The notes beneath the pieces were generated by a model that was not told the DNA's origin, made no database searches, and worked only from the letters and a program-made list of their open reading frames with translations. The position numbers and the translations under genes were made by a program. Below are positions 1 to 12,000 of a stretch of DNA of 64,000 nucleotides, one piece after another (positions within the stretch are counted from its first letter, which is position 1; each line of letters starts with the position of its first letter). This stretch comes from Yuukianura sp. NJ FZ-2021 (lineage: Eukaryota), in the NCBI GenBank assembly GCA_046563655.1, contig CM102287.1:7936001-8000000 (forward strand), written 5' to 3'.

Positions 1-2726
1 AGTAATTCTAGAATGAGAACATGCGCAGTTGAGTAAATTTGAGTCAAATGGAATGATTACGTAACTAACCTAACGTAAGAGTGAACGTAAAGCGACATAA
101 CATAGAGAGCTACAGTGTTTGAGTGAATTGAATTTCAGAAGGGATGATTCAGACAGTGAAGCATCGATACATCATCGAGCTGTCACCTCCAACAACACTC
201 TCTCCCCTCTCTGTACTGTATTTTAAAAAAGAAAATTCAAATTTTAACATTTCAAAAAAAGTCAACTGCAATGTTGCTAAATCCTTTGGAGAAAGTAAAA
301 GTTTCAAATTCTTAACCCGCTTCTCACCCCCTTGCAGCTTTAACCCCATTTCACCCCTCTGCTTTTTTTCGAAACTTGAAAATTCTTATTACGTCCATAA
401 CTTGATCTCTGCATTCCCATTTTCTTATGGTTTCAAGAGTAAAGAAACTGAATAGCTTAATTTGTTACTGCCTAAAAATACATTCTGAGTTCACTTAAAC
501 TCTCTAAAGTTCTCTCATAAATAAAGACTGTGGAAATTTCATTTTTGAAATTTCATTTTTGGTAGTACCGCCCAAACAAGGATTTTTGTGAGTCCATGAA
601 AATCCAGTTTTGAACTAATAACGATGATAATATATTTACTTTCCACTTTCCCAGAAAAAGGGGAACGCTTTCTCTTAAAACTGCTTTTGGAATGAAGTGC
701 AGAATGAAAAAATTAGGGAAAGTAGAGAGGGCAAGGGGGAAAAGTCAAAGTAGAAAATTAGCTGCGTTACGATAGGACTTTCACTTCATTCAGCCTTTCT
801 ACTCCAGTCTCAGGAGAGACTTCTTTGATTAGGTTTATGAAGTTTCAAAGTACCAAGACAAGAGTGATGAGATCACTTTCTTCTCAGAAATTCCTTCATT
901 CACTCCCTAACCTAACCTCTGACTTCCTTTTTTTTCATATTTTATACACTTTCATATTTTTTGAGTTTTCAATTTCAATTTTTTGAAATTCAAAATTTAT
1001 CCCACACTTAACCTTAACCCTGAGATTCTGTTGACATTGTCAACAGAAGTCAGACTTGAAATTTTTATTTGCAACATTTTTCTTTCGGTTTTGCCTTTTG
1101 ATTAATTTTCACGCTTCGTGGTCATTTGCTCGAAAAAATTTTAAATCCGAGTTCAGATCAGATTCAGCTGCAGTTCAATAATACTTGTAATCCTCTCACG
1201 ATCATTCTTGCGTTTGATGTAACCAAATGCAAATAAATCTTTGTAAGCCACAACTCACCTGCTCAGGTGAGGTTGAAGTGCCATTGTATTGGTTCGTTTT
1301 AGTGTAGAGAGCACACCTCCTACGAAAGAGTTTTGTATTGAATTTGACTACTCCCGCCGTCTTCCCACGCCTCCGCAACCTCCATGACAAGAACTAACCA
1401 AAACCAAGTCGTTCTGCACGCAATCCAACCAGTTCCAGGTGAGTTAATCTGATTTTAATCATAGACAACAGAGTCAGTCCAGGCTAATGACGTTTTAACA
1501 CAGGGGTAGTTGCTCAATTTTCTACAAATTTCTGAACTCAATTTTCAAAACAAGCCAAATCTCGTGGGAATGAAAAATGTCGAGCTTCAACATATATCGG
1601 GTGGGTCTTTCCAGAAGTCGGTGGCTCCAGCCATATCCGCTTCGGCGGGACAAAAATTCTTTTGGTGCCCCACTTGAGCCGAGGACTTTTGGGTTGTTGA
1701 TGGAAATGATCCAAGAAGTGAGCTGAAGAAAGTTTCATTAGGACCTTACTTATGGCACTGGATTTGCATCCAGAAGAATCCAGAAGAAGGTGGAATGGAA
1801 GCCTTTTCCGGAATTACTTTTGCTTTCTCCGTTCCAGATTCCTTACACTGAAGGAAATCTCCTCTCAAAAAGCCATTGGGAACTTATGGGCAAACCAATT
1901 TTTCATAGAAGAGACATTTGACTTCCATACGGAGACTCTCTAGTTTCTGGAAGGGAGGATATCAAATCCACTAGTACTAAGGCGTTAGAGGGAACTTTCT
2001 CATGCAGATTTTCTCTAGGATTTTGGGAACATATTGGAGGGAATGAGAGACTTTCTCCATCAAACGACGCGGGAAAAGAGGAAAAAGAAAGTCACCCTCT
2101 CAATATGATCTCCAAATATACAAAAATTTCCGCGTCCCAGATGCTCTCCCTTCGACCCGAATATTTTTGCATTTCAAAACCAATCCCACACAAAATTTTA
2201 CTTCAAAAAATAGATTCTAGTTTTCCAAGTTTCAAATTTTGAAATTTTTCAAGACACGCTGCAGGGCATGTTGTTCAGTTTCATTTTATTTTTCTAAAAA
2301 CAAAATGTCAAAAAATGACTTTTAGGCCTCGGGGCATTGATTAAATTTTTGAGCTAGTTTTGAAATTAAATTGTCCATAATTTATAATTCTTATTTATAT
2401 ATAATTCAAGATTATTATATTGCACTTGTCAATTAAATTCGACACTTGTTTTAAATGATAACGATTAAGGGAGGAAGCATTGGTAAGGTGAAAGTGGTGC
2501 TTTCGTTGATGGGTCTTTGCGGTACACTTTAACGGGAAGAACTTAATCGGTCAGCAGAGAATTTACACTGCTTTTACTGTTACACGTTGCGTTCTACTTC
2601 TAGCTCAGCGATATTGTTGACAATGTTTTTTAAAAATTGAACTTATAAAATTTAGTTCGATAATATTTGTTGCTTTCCTGAAATTCATTTGTAGCATAGC
2701 CTAGTCGGTGGTGGCAGTGAATGGGT

Positions 2727-2748
2727 GTGACCTCTGGCTGAGTGACAG
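2727..2748 (+). promoter_or_regulatory. Composite nuclear-receptor half-site plus Exd/Hth (TGAGTGACAG) module upstream of pb
   Basis: GTGACCTCTGGCTGAGTGACAG; near-identical copy at 22397-22417 upstream of lab. Confidence 0.5.
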
Positions 2749-5700
2749 CAGAGAGTTAATCGTAGTGGACAGTAGGAGACTTAAGACGTTCACAAAGACT
2801 TTGGATACTACGGAAGAAGAAGAAGCAGATCTGTACCAATACCATACAAGATCTTTTTCTGCCCATCCATCTCCCCCTTTTGTGCTGGTCTAATGGTGAT
2901 TTACGACCTGGTGTCAAGACCAGTGGTCACCTCCTGACATGACATGGCCACAGAGGACACGGATGCATCATCCATATCTTCTGTCAACTCCTTCCCCAGC
3001 CAAAACGGAAACTCCATAAAAAAGACAAGGTTAGTCTCCTAAGGTTAGGCTGATACAGTAAAAGCTTACGTTAGGCTATGCAAAGTGAAAGCAGAAGTGA
3101 AAGGCATTGCCACTTCCGAAAGGGTAGTCAGAGACATTCATAATCTATTCCCCCGTATTTAGGTTTTTTGTTCTTCCGCCCTCCGAAGCTTTCTCCGCTT
3201 TCTCCCTAAAAACCTAATGTTAGGCTAAACCTAACGTTAGGCCGAACTAAAACCTAACTTCCATTCCAAAATACATGGGAGCAGGAAGAACCCTTTTTGC
3301 ATAAGGCTCTGGTTCTCTTTTGGACTTAGCTTATGCTAAAAATCGACTCTATAAATTTATGACGGGATGCTTCAGTGCTCGCATTGTTTTCACTCCCTTT
3401 CTATAGTACTAAACTCTACACTCCATTCTTCCCTCCATTCTTTAGTACAGAGAGTTCTTGGAGTTCTGGAAGGTTCAAAAACCGGCAGTACCGACACAAT
3501 GTCACAGAAAATTTTAAGCAGTCGTGCCAAAATTGAATCTCCCCTCTCTTTTGCCGCCACTTTCCAACAGTCTTGGTTTTAACTTTCACCCGCATTGCCG
3601 CCATTTTTGAAACTTTGAAGTCTCGATTTGATCAAAACTGCTAGTGAGGCTTCCGCAGTTAATCTGAAAGCGTTATGTCATCTTCGGTTATCTTTTGGAA
3701 GATCCCAAGTGATGGTATTGCTGTTGCCCAGCAACGAGATGCTTACATAACGGCTGAGCGGCTGATCATGAATCTGTATCCGGGGTCGGCTCAAGTCGTT
3801 GGTCATGGTTTGATTTTTGAATTTGAGCGGTTTTGAATTTTTGAAAAAATGGTGGAGAGGGCTGCAGTTCCTAAGGTTTTGGAAGAGTACAGACCTTGCG
3901 TTTGGTTGATTAAGATGCAAAGAGCGTTTTCAGCTATTGGTTTCGGTCCTGGTTCTGCCACTGCCACAACCAACTGCTTCACTTTCCCGGTTTTAAAACG
4001 CTAAAGAAAGCGCCACTGCACTCCCTTCTTGTTCAATTCTAAAGCTAAAGCTCAGAGTGGATTTAAAACTTTAATTACGTAATAAGCTCCGCTTTCCACA
4101 AGCCCACAAATAAACCGTTTAGAATTGGTTAAAAATGGAAGCAGCACCCCCTCTGTCCTCACTTTCAAATTGGAATCACACGCTCTCTAAAGTAAGTAAT
4201 TGTAATGAATACATCACTAATACAAATCACGTAAAACCAACCACCAAGAACAAAAGTTATGAAACAAAACCAGGAAGAGATCTGACCTAAAGTCAACAAT
4301 TTCATGGTTCGGTTGTAGCTAAAATCTCCGTTAAATTTCAAATTGATGAATTACAAAACAATTAAAGATTTTGATTTTGACGAAATTAAAGAACTCGCAG
4401 ATGAAAAAAGTGAATTTTTGGAATCACATTTTTATCCCTCACTATAATTTGAATCTTCTAGACTCTAAAACTAAAATGGCGTGGATTTTAGCAAGGTCTG
4501 TAATTTTTTGGCTTAAATTAACGTTTGGAATTTCAAATTACAAACAACAGTAATTTTTTTTTCGGAATTTCAGAATGTAGCCACCACACAACAAAATTTC
4601 CCACGGACAAGTCATACTCACCGTTAAACTTTTCAGTTTTATGGCTCATTCAGTGGATCATAAACAAAAAATTCAAAAATTTGGCAACAAGTACTACTAA
4701 GAATAGGCGAACAAGTTCCAAAGGGTTTGGCCAATTCAAAAAAAATTCAAATTACAAAAGCCAAATAAGCTGCAAAACAGACAATTCAGAAAAATTGAAA
4801 AGTACAGTTTCAATTTCTTTCTGTTTTTTTTTCGTTAAAAGTAATTTCGAAATGAGATGGAGATTGTTGGTGGTAAAGACAAAAGACTTGAAGTATTCTT
4901 GCCCTTCTTTTAAGTGTAAAGTTTGGTTCCTATTGTGTTACCTCCCATGTGCTTCACCCTATGGTGTAGTAGTCAGTGAGTGGTTCTTTCGGCTCCTTTT
5001 TCCGAAGGGGTTTAAATGCCAAGTCAAGACGAGCCGTTTTGAAGCCGATCTCACTCTTCTTCAAACCTCGGATCGCTTCAGTCGCTTGTCGCTCCTCCAC
5101 ACTTTCAAACTTTCCCAAAATAAACCTAACCACCGCAGTGGCAGAGCAAAGAGGCATTAATCACACCATCATCACCCTTGTCAACCTACAACGCAACTTC
5201 ACAAGGACAGTCATGCCTGTTTCTCAGTGACACCAAAGTTACATCTTTCAAAAAACAACAGATTTCAAAAACACCGAAGAAAAAAGAAGGGGATTTGGAG
5301 AAACATTGAACTTTATAGCATCAGAATCAAGTCATAAAAATAAAATCGAATGGACTGAGCATCAGGGCATAAAATCCGGTTGTGGGACGCTCGAAGAAGA
5401 GAGGCAACATGTGGGATTTTATGACACGCTTAACTTCTTTTCTTCGGTGACTTGAAGGGTACTTGGTGAAGTTAAGTGGTCGTGTGGTCAAAGTCTTTTT
5501 GAAGAAAAAGTTAGGCTATGTTAGCCTAACCTTAGGCGGATAAAGCTTTTCGGACGACCGGTGAAAGTGATTTATTGCGGAACGTGTTACCCGAGAACAG
5601 GAAAAGTACCTCTTTGGTGGTCCGGGCAGAATCTCTCAACAACTTGTTGTTACCTTGTAAAAGAAGCTTAAAGTGAAAGTGGATTTTTCAAAAACGGATA

Positions 5701-5986
5701 CCAGGAAAGTGAAAGTACTAAAAAGTTTAACTTTTCAAAATCCTTTCTTCTCAAAATCTTTCGAAAAAGTTCTCAGCAGCAGAAAAACCTCTGGGATTTT
5801 GTTCTGAGAAAGCTTTGTTAATTGCTTTTCTCGCCTTTTTTTTCTCTAAAAAAAGCATCTGTTTTTCGAAAACTTTTTTTCCCTTGAATTCAAACCGCAA
5901 GATTCTCAGCGGAGAGGCTACTGAAGTTAACGCTAAACTGAAAACCTAAGCTAAATTTTGTTTATGAACGCTGAGCAAGTGGAGCG

Positions 5987-6035
5987 TGACCTTTGACCCT
6001 GTTAGCCGTTGGAGAAGTGTCAGAATGATTGACAG
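5987..6035 (+). promoter_or_regulatory. DR1 nuclear-receptor element plus Exd/Hth decamer at the pb start codon
   Basis: TGACCTTTGACCC (5987-5999), TGTCAG (6018-6023) and TGATTGACAG (6026-6035, overlapping ATG 6025). Confidence 0.45.
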
Positions 6036-9000
6036 AGTCTCCGTTTCACCATGTTGGACGCGTAGTCTCAACCACCATTCAAGTACCCACCCTCAGCATT
6101 CTTCAAGTACCGGAAACTGCACTTCAAGTCCCGGCTCCTCCTCAATCCTTACCATGGAAAGCCTGGACTCTCTGGAAGGGTTTGACTCCGAGACGCCCTT
6201 CTCCACCATTACAAGTCGCCCGTCCATGGCAGAACTAATGGGGACCAGTCACAGTTCGAATTCTCGGGTCAATGACCTCATGACCCCTAACCTAACGCCC
6301 ATGTCCCTCAGCAGTCAGCAGTCTACGATCCATCCACATATGAACAGTCAAAGTCCAGGGCAGATTGACAATGAGCTCCAGCGGCCTTCTACCCCCTCAT
6401 CCGCCTATGTACTTGGATCAGAACTTGGAATGGACCTCAACTTGTCATCGGCGGGGCCAGGCGGGTTGCAGGGTGGGGCAGGGTCAAGTGGCGGGTCAAA
6501 CGTCCCGGAATATCCGTGGATGAAAGAGAAAAAGACGACGAGGAAGAACAGTCATGCTGGCAGCAGTAAGTTTTCATTTTGAAACTTTGAGATTTCCGTT
6601 TTCAAAAGTTGTTTACAAATACAAAAATAACAATAGACAAAAAAATTGTTCAGAACGCATTTGTAAAAGTGAAGTGTGATGAGGTTGTCGTCTGGAGGCG
6701 ACGAGAGATGAGGTTAGCCTATGTTTTTAGTGAAGTTAGGTTTGGATGAGTCAGTCAAGTTTCCATGTCACCGTGGAATGCTTCGTTCCTAGGCTCTGGC
6801 ACGTACTGATACTCTCCGAATTCCCACGTGGAGACCCTCTGCGTGGAATTCGGATTCGGATGATTGAGTTTTATGAGGATAAGGCAAAGGGACAAGGGAT
6901 TACTACAAAAAATACAAAGCAAATTCACCTGCCAAAGACAAGGAGGAGGGCCCTTAAGGCCTTCTGAACAAAAAGAAAGAGCTTCCTGGTGGTCAATGAA
7001 TGTCCAAATCGGACACTTCGTCCATGTTCAATTACATATCAACGTCAAGTGACATCAAAAAGACAAAGTCCAAAACTTGTTGGACAGTTGTCAAAATATT
7101 GTGACAAGCGATGCTTCTTCTGAAGCCCCAAAAACTATCCGTTTAGAAAACAGAAACCAATCCAGTTTTTGAAAAAAAAACGTTTTCTGAAACCAATACG
7201 AACTTTCAAAAATTTCTGAAAAGAATCCTTTAAAAATTATAGTATTAGCGAAAATTGTCATTGTGCTGCTCATTTTAACTGAAATCAAACTAGAGAGAAT
7301 ATCACCGTTAGAAGTGAAATAAAAGAAAGCAGGAGTGAAGCGCAACTAAATTTTGAGAATTCGGAGTCACTTCCGTGGTTTTGTTCCAACATCCGAATTG
7401 CGGCTTGTCATTGGTCAGTCGGAGATGACCGTGACAACAACTCAGCTCCCTCAGTGTACTTTTGCATTGTGATGCTTAATGGTTACTTCATGACTTTGCA
7501 CTTTGTTAGCCTATTCGAAGTATCCAGTACAAGTAGAAATGTAGAGTTGGTAGAGGGATTGACGGATTTGATGTTTGGAGAAGTGAAGCGTGGGTTGTCT
7601 TTGGGATGTTCCGAGGAATCCGGGATGCCGGATGAGGCGATAGCCTCTTCCCGGCTATTTTTCTGTCTGCATTGGTCTTTTTCCGGGTGTTTTTGCATTG
7701 GTTTTGTGATGGTTGATGTAAGAAGTGAGGAAATAGAAGAATAGAGTGAGAGTGAGCACTTAGTTTGGGCTGAAGGTTGGAGTGATTGATGACCCTCCGT
7801 CCGATTCACCACCACTTTCTCCCTTGTCCTCACAATCGCTGGGACAACGACTCATCCCCCTATAACAGGGGTCACCCTTGGCTCCAATTTAGATTTCGAA
7901 TTTAAAACAATTTGCAAATTTCGAAAAAAAAATTCAACTTGTGTAATCTGTATTTCAAAATTTTCATTTCAAGATTTGACATCTCCAGTCAGAATTCCCT
8001 TCACAAATTCTGCAATGGATGACGTAAAAATTGTACCTTGCAAATCAGAATCTCTTTCCTTTTAAAATTATGTGAATTTTCACCCAGCGTTTACAGTCGA
8101 TCGAAAGGCAGCTCTGTTTTATAGACGGCTTAGGCCGTAAAGGATGTTGAAAATCAAAAATCGAAAGAAACAAGAATTTTTTTTTTGAAAATTACAAAGA
8201 TCGGGCAGTGAAAGTCGTGAATCTCAAGCTTCAGTCACGCCGAGCGACTTTCACTGCACGCGTCTTTTAAATCTAAAATCTGAACTCAGCCTTTTGTTTT
8301 TCTTTTTGAATTTGATTTATTTAATGTTAAAAATACCATCTAACTTTAACTAATTCTGAACACAACTTGTGAAGCAGTACTGACAACAAATAGAGCGGGA
8401 CGATTTCATGTTTGACTGACTAAAATTTGATTTTCAAAAATTCAAAAAAGGGCTAGCACCCTTTCCTCCTTGGATTTTGATGAATTGAGGGGGCCGTATT
8501 TTGCATTTTTTGAAATCTAATTGTTAAAAAGGAGAAGAAAGGCCTTGGTGTCAGGCGTGATGGATGGAGACATGAGGCTGTTGTTGGTAAGGGAGTCTAA
8601 AAAAGTGTCCATGTCATGGGACCGTGAAGAATCATTCATTTCATCTTCTGTAACCTAACCCCTTCCGCAGTCCCTTGGAAAGTGTTGGACATCTTAATAA
8701 GCCTGCGATAGTTGTTATGTCCCAGAACAAAAGGCTCTATTCTTCTTTTGCTGATCATAATGAAATGTAATGGAAATAACACTAATAAATCCAAACGGAA
8801 GGGATAGGATTTTTAGCTTCTTCTGCTCCGTTCACAGCAGCAGGACACAAGAGGACTCTATCTCCACAATGGAAACTGCCCAGTCATCTTTTAACCAAAA
8901 ATCTAAATCCATTCTGTCTTAAACTGTGCCACACAAAGGGGGTACAAACAAATCCCATTGTAAGTAAAGGAAGAAGAAAAAACAGATGCACACCCAGTGT

Positions 9001-12000
9001 GTTGCACCGTCAAAATGAAAATAACAACTTGGTTAGCGGCATTTTGAAAAGTTTGGAACAAAAAGCTCAATTTCAAGTTTTCCAAAAAGTTTTTGTTAAA
9101 TTCTGAAACGAGTTAGATTGTTTCAAACCCCTTTGAAGAATTGAAAGGAGAGGGGATGGAATGGAGCCAAGTTGACTTTATCACGAGGAAAATAGAAAAG
9201 TGGCGTTATGTTAAGTTAGGCTAACTTTAGTAGGTTGAGTTAACCTAACATGAGAAGATGAAAAAGAAGATGAAGGAAGGAGGGAGGGGGTGTGAAAAGG
9301 AGACTTGGCTCAATTTGTTTTGGAAATTGGGGAATAAGGGAGGTTGTGTCTTTCGTACAAGAGAGAAAGTGGCGGGTATTGTGGAGAAAGTTCCTGGAAG
9401 GGAAATGCTGAAATTGTCTTACACATTTGGAGTAATAACGGCGATTTTTCATAAGGAAATGAGCAGTCATTACAAGCTGCTGACTTTTGGATGGGAAAGC
9501 ACAACACTTTCTCCTTCCTCTCTTGTAAATTCAATGCTTTTTACTTTAAACTGCACCGACAGTAACTTAAAGTCTGGCTGGAGAAAGTTTCACATGTCCT
9601 GACTTTCTTAACTTTTAAAAGCAAACAAAAGTAAAGTTGATTCTTATAAACTAAAGGAAATTTACGTTTTTAAAAGTAATGTTTAGCACACAGTAAAGGA
9701 TTTTTTTATTTCAAAAATAAAATTGCAATAAAATGTGTGACACGAAAAATTATTTGAAGCAAAATTATAATTGCGAAGACACATTGTTAGCGTAGGCTGA
9801 AAAATCATCCAAAACTGTAGATAATATTTATAAATATTATAAATATTAATTTCAATAAATACCACAAATGATGCCCCCCTGAGGGCATTTTTTTTCGGAA
9901 AACCGGGGGGGTCTGGGGGGCTTGCCCCCCAGGTCAAAAAAATTTTTTTTAAACTCAGTGGAATCTGGGGGATTGATCCCAATCTCAACAAGATTAATTT
10001 TTGTTTCAACTAGCTGGGGAAGGGGGTCCAGCTTTATTTCTTAAGTTTACACGGGAAAAAATAAAACATAAAGCGCTCATTCAGAAACTTTGTAAATGTG
10101 AAGAAGGTATGCATCATTTTGAATTTTTCTCGATCGGCGTTGATTTTTAGCATTTTCTGAGCCCTTCTGCTCAAAAACTCAGAGCAAAAATGGAAAAAAA
10201 TATTTCGACGAGAGTGGGATTCGAACCCACGCGCGCAGAGCGCAATTGATTAGCAGTCAATCGCCTTAACCACTCGGCCATCTCGTCTCAACGTTGCGGT
10301 AGTAGAACCGAGTTGAGTCCTAGGTTTTGCACTGCATCCTGGCAAACATTTCGTCATCAGCTCCAAAGCCTGCAGCGTGCCAAATTTAAATAACACAGAA
10401 AATTCAACGAACTTCTTTTACTTTTTAACATTTCATTGTACACTTTTTCTGAGCCACCTCACCTCTACGTTACAATACAAGCAACACATCAACTTTAGTC
10501 TCAGGTTTAGCAGTACTCCTTCCTAGGAAACATTTCATCATCACCTAAAGCAATGAAGCGTTCTAAAAATGACAATAAAAATGATAAAATACATTTAATC
10601 AGTTCTGTACTTTGCCAATTGTCTGCTGCAAGTTCGTTATGATAACTTGAGTCAGAAACTGCAGTACAACTGGACACTATTTTTATGCCTGAAAAGAATT
10701 AGAAATTATATTGAATCATCACAAACCAACAAAAAAAACTAAAGCGTTAAAAAAATCGAGCCTTTGAAGAAATTTTGGGAAGCGGGTTTTTTCTCCAAAA
10801 ATTTTTTTGTCTCTGTTTTTTCAACGCTTTCAAAAATTAATTTGAGAATGGTTTCACCAAATACAAACAAAAATTTCTTGACTAGATCCCCGCATGTTTT
10901 CTTAAAAACTTTCACCAAAGTGAACTCCGAAAAAGTGAAAGCAGAGCCTGTGGTGAGACATTTTTTTGAAACTTTTTTGAGGAATTGTGCCAAACTTGTG
11001 TTAGTTTGTACAGAATCACTGTATTTCGAAAAAGATGCTGAACACGTTTCATTTTCTGGTATTGAAGATACTGGTTTATTCAATTCACCTTTTTGAAATC
11101 CGTTGGGTTTCTTGGAGTTATGTTATGTTTCTTAAGATTCATGGCGGAAGTTGAGTGCTCATGTGGTGCCCATCCTTGTCAGTGCCACATGGACAGTTAA
11201 GTTAGGGGAAAGCATAGTGAAAGCACCAATTATTCTCTCATTGCCCAGAACTTATTCCTGGCTCCTTTGCCCAACTCCGAGGTCACGAAGAAATGATTTA
11301 TGACCCAAGTCAACCCCAACAGACTCCCCAAAACACATTCAATTCTCCTTTCTCTCCAAAAGTGAATATTCCCTTCTTTACTAGTGAATCCTCACTAACC
11401 TAGCCTTTCAGATGGAAACAGTCACCCAACCATGAAACATGATTCTCAACTAACTGATTTTTAAACCAAAGAGGGAAACCATTTTGCACAAAAAATGCTA
11501 CTTTCAAAAAATTCAAGGCGCTGGCTTTCAAAAAATCAAAAGTGAAGGTGACAGAACAGTTTTCTATGCTGTAGACCGAAGGAGGTGGAGAAAGACAAAA
11601 AGGCATTGAGCAGAATGTCACGAGTGGAAGTTGACAGACGTCGTCTACTGTTCAAATTTCAAAAAAAGCGCGCGTGAAAGCTCAGCTAAGGTGCTTTTAG
11701 ACTTATGTGTTGAGGAAACAGGTCGAAGTTAGGATGTGAGTGATGCCAGAATGCCCGGGTACCTTTGTCATCACCGAGTCTAAAAGTCCCGGGAGAGCTT
11801 CAAAAGTCTGTGACATGTCGAAGGATGATATGATTTTGAGAGTCTTTTCTTTTCAGTGTGACATGACATGACATACACAGGATCGAACCGAATGCCAATA
11901 ACGACCTTATTTCATCTCCAATCTTATTAGCCTATCGAACCTCTCTCTTTTCCGTAGGTTCCAATTTCTGGAAGAAAAAATTTCTCCCGGGTTGAGAATT

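Noticed and set aside
1..5985. Hox3/zen or other coding gene upstream of pb, including the 211-aa ORF 4525-5160
   Set aside because: No homeobox or recognisable domain; ORFs start at non-ATG codons and have AT-driven F/K/S composition; more likely pb promoter and 5' UTR.
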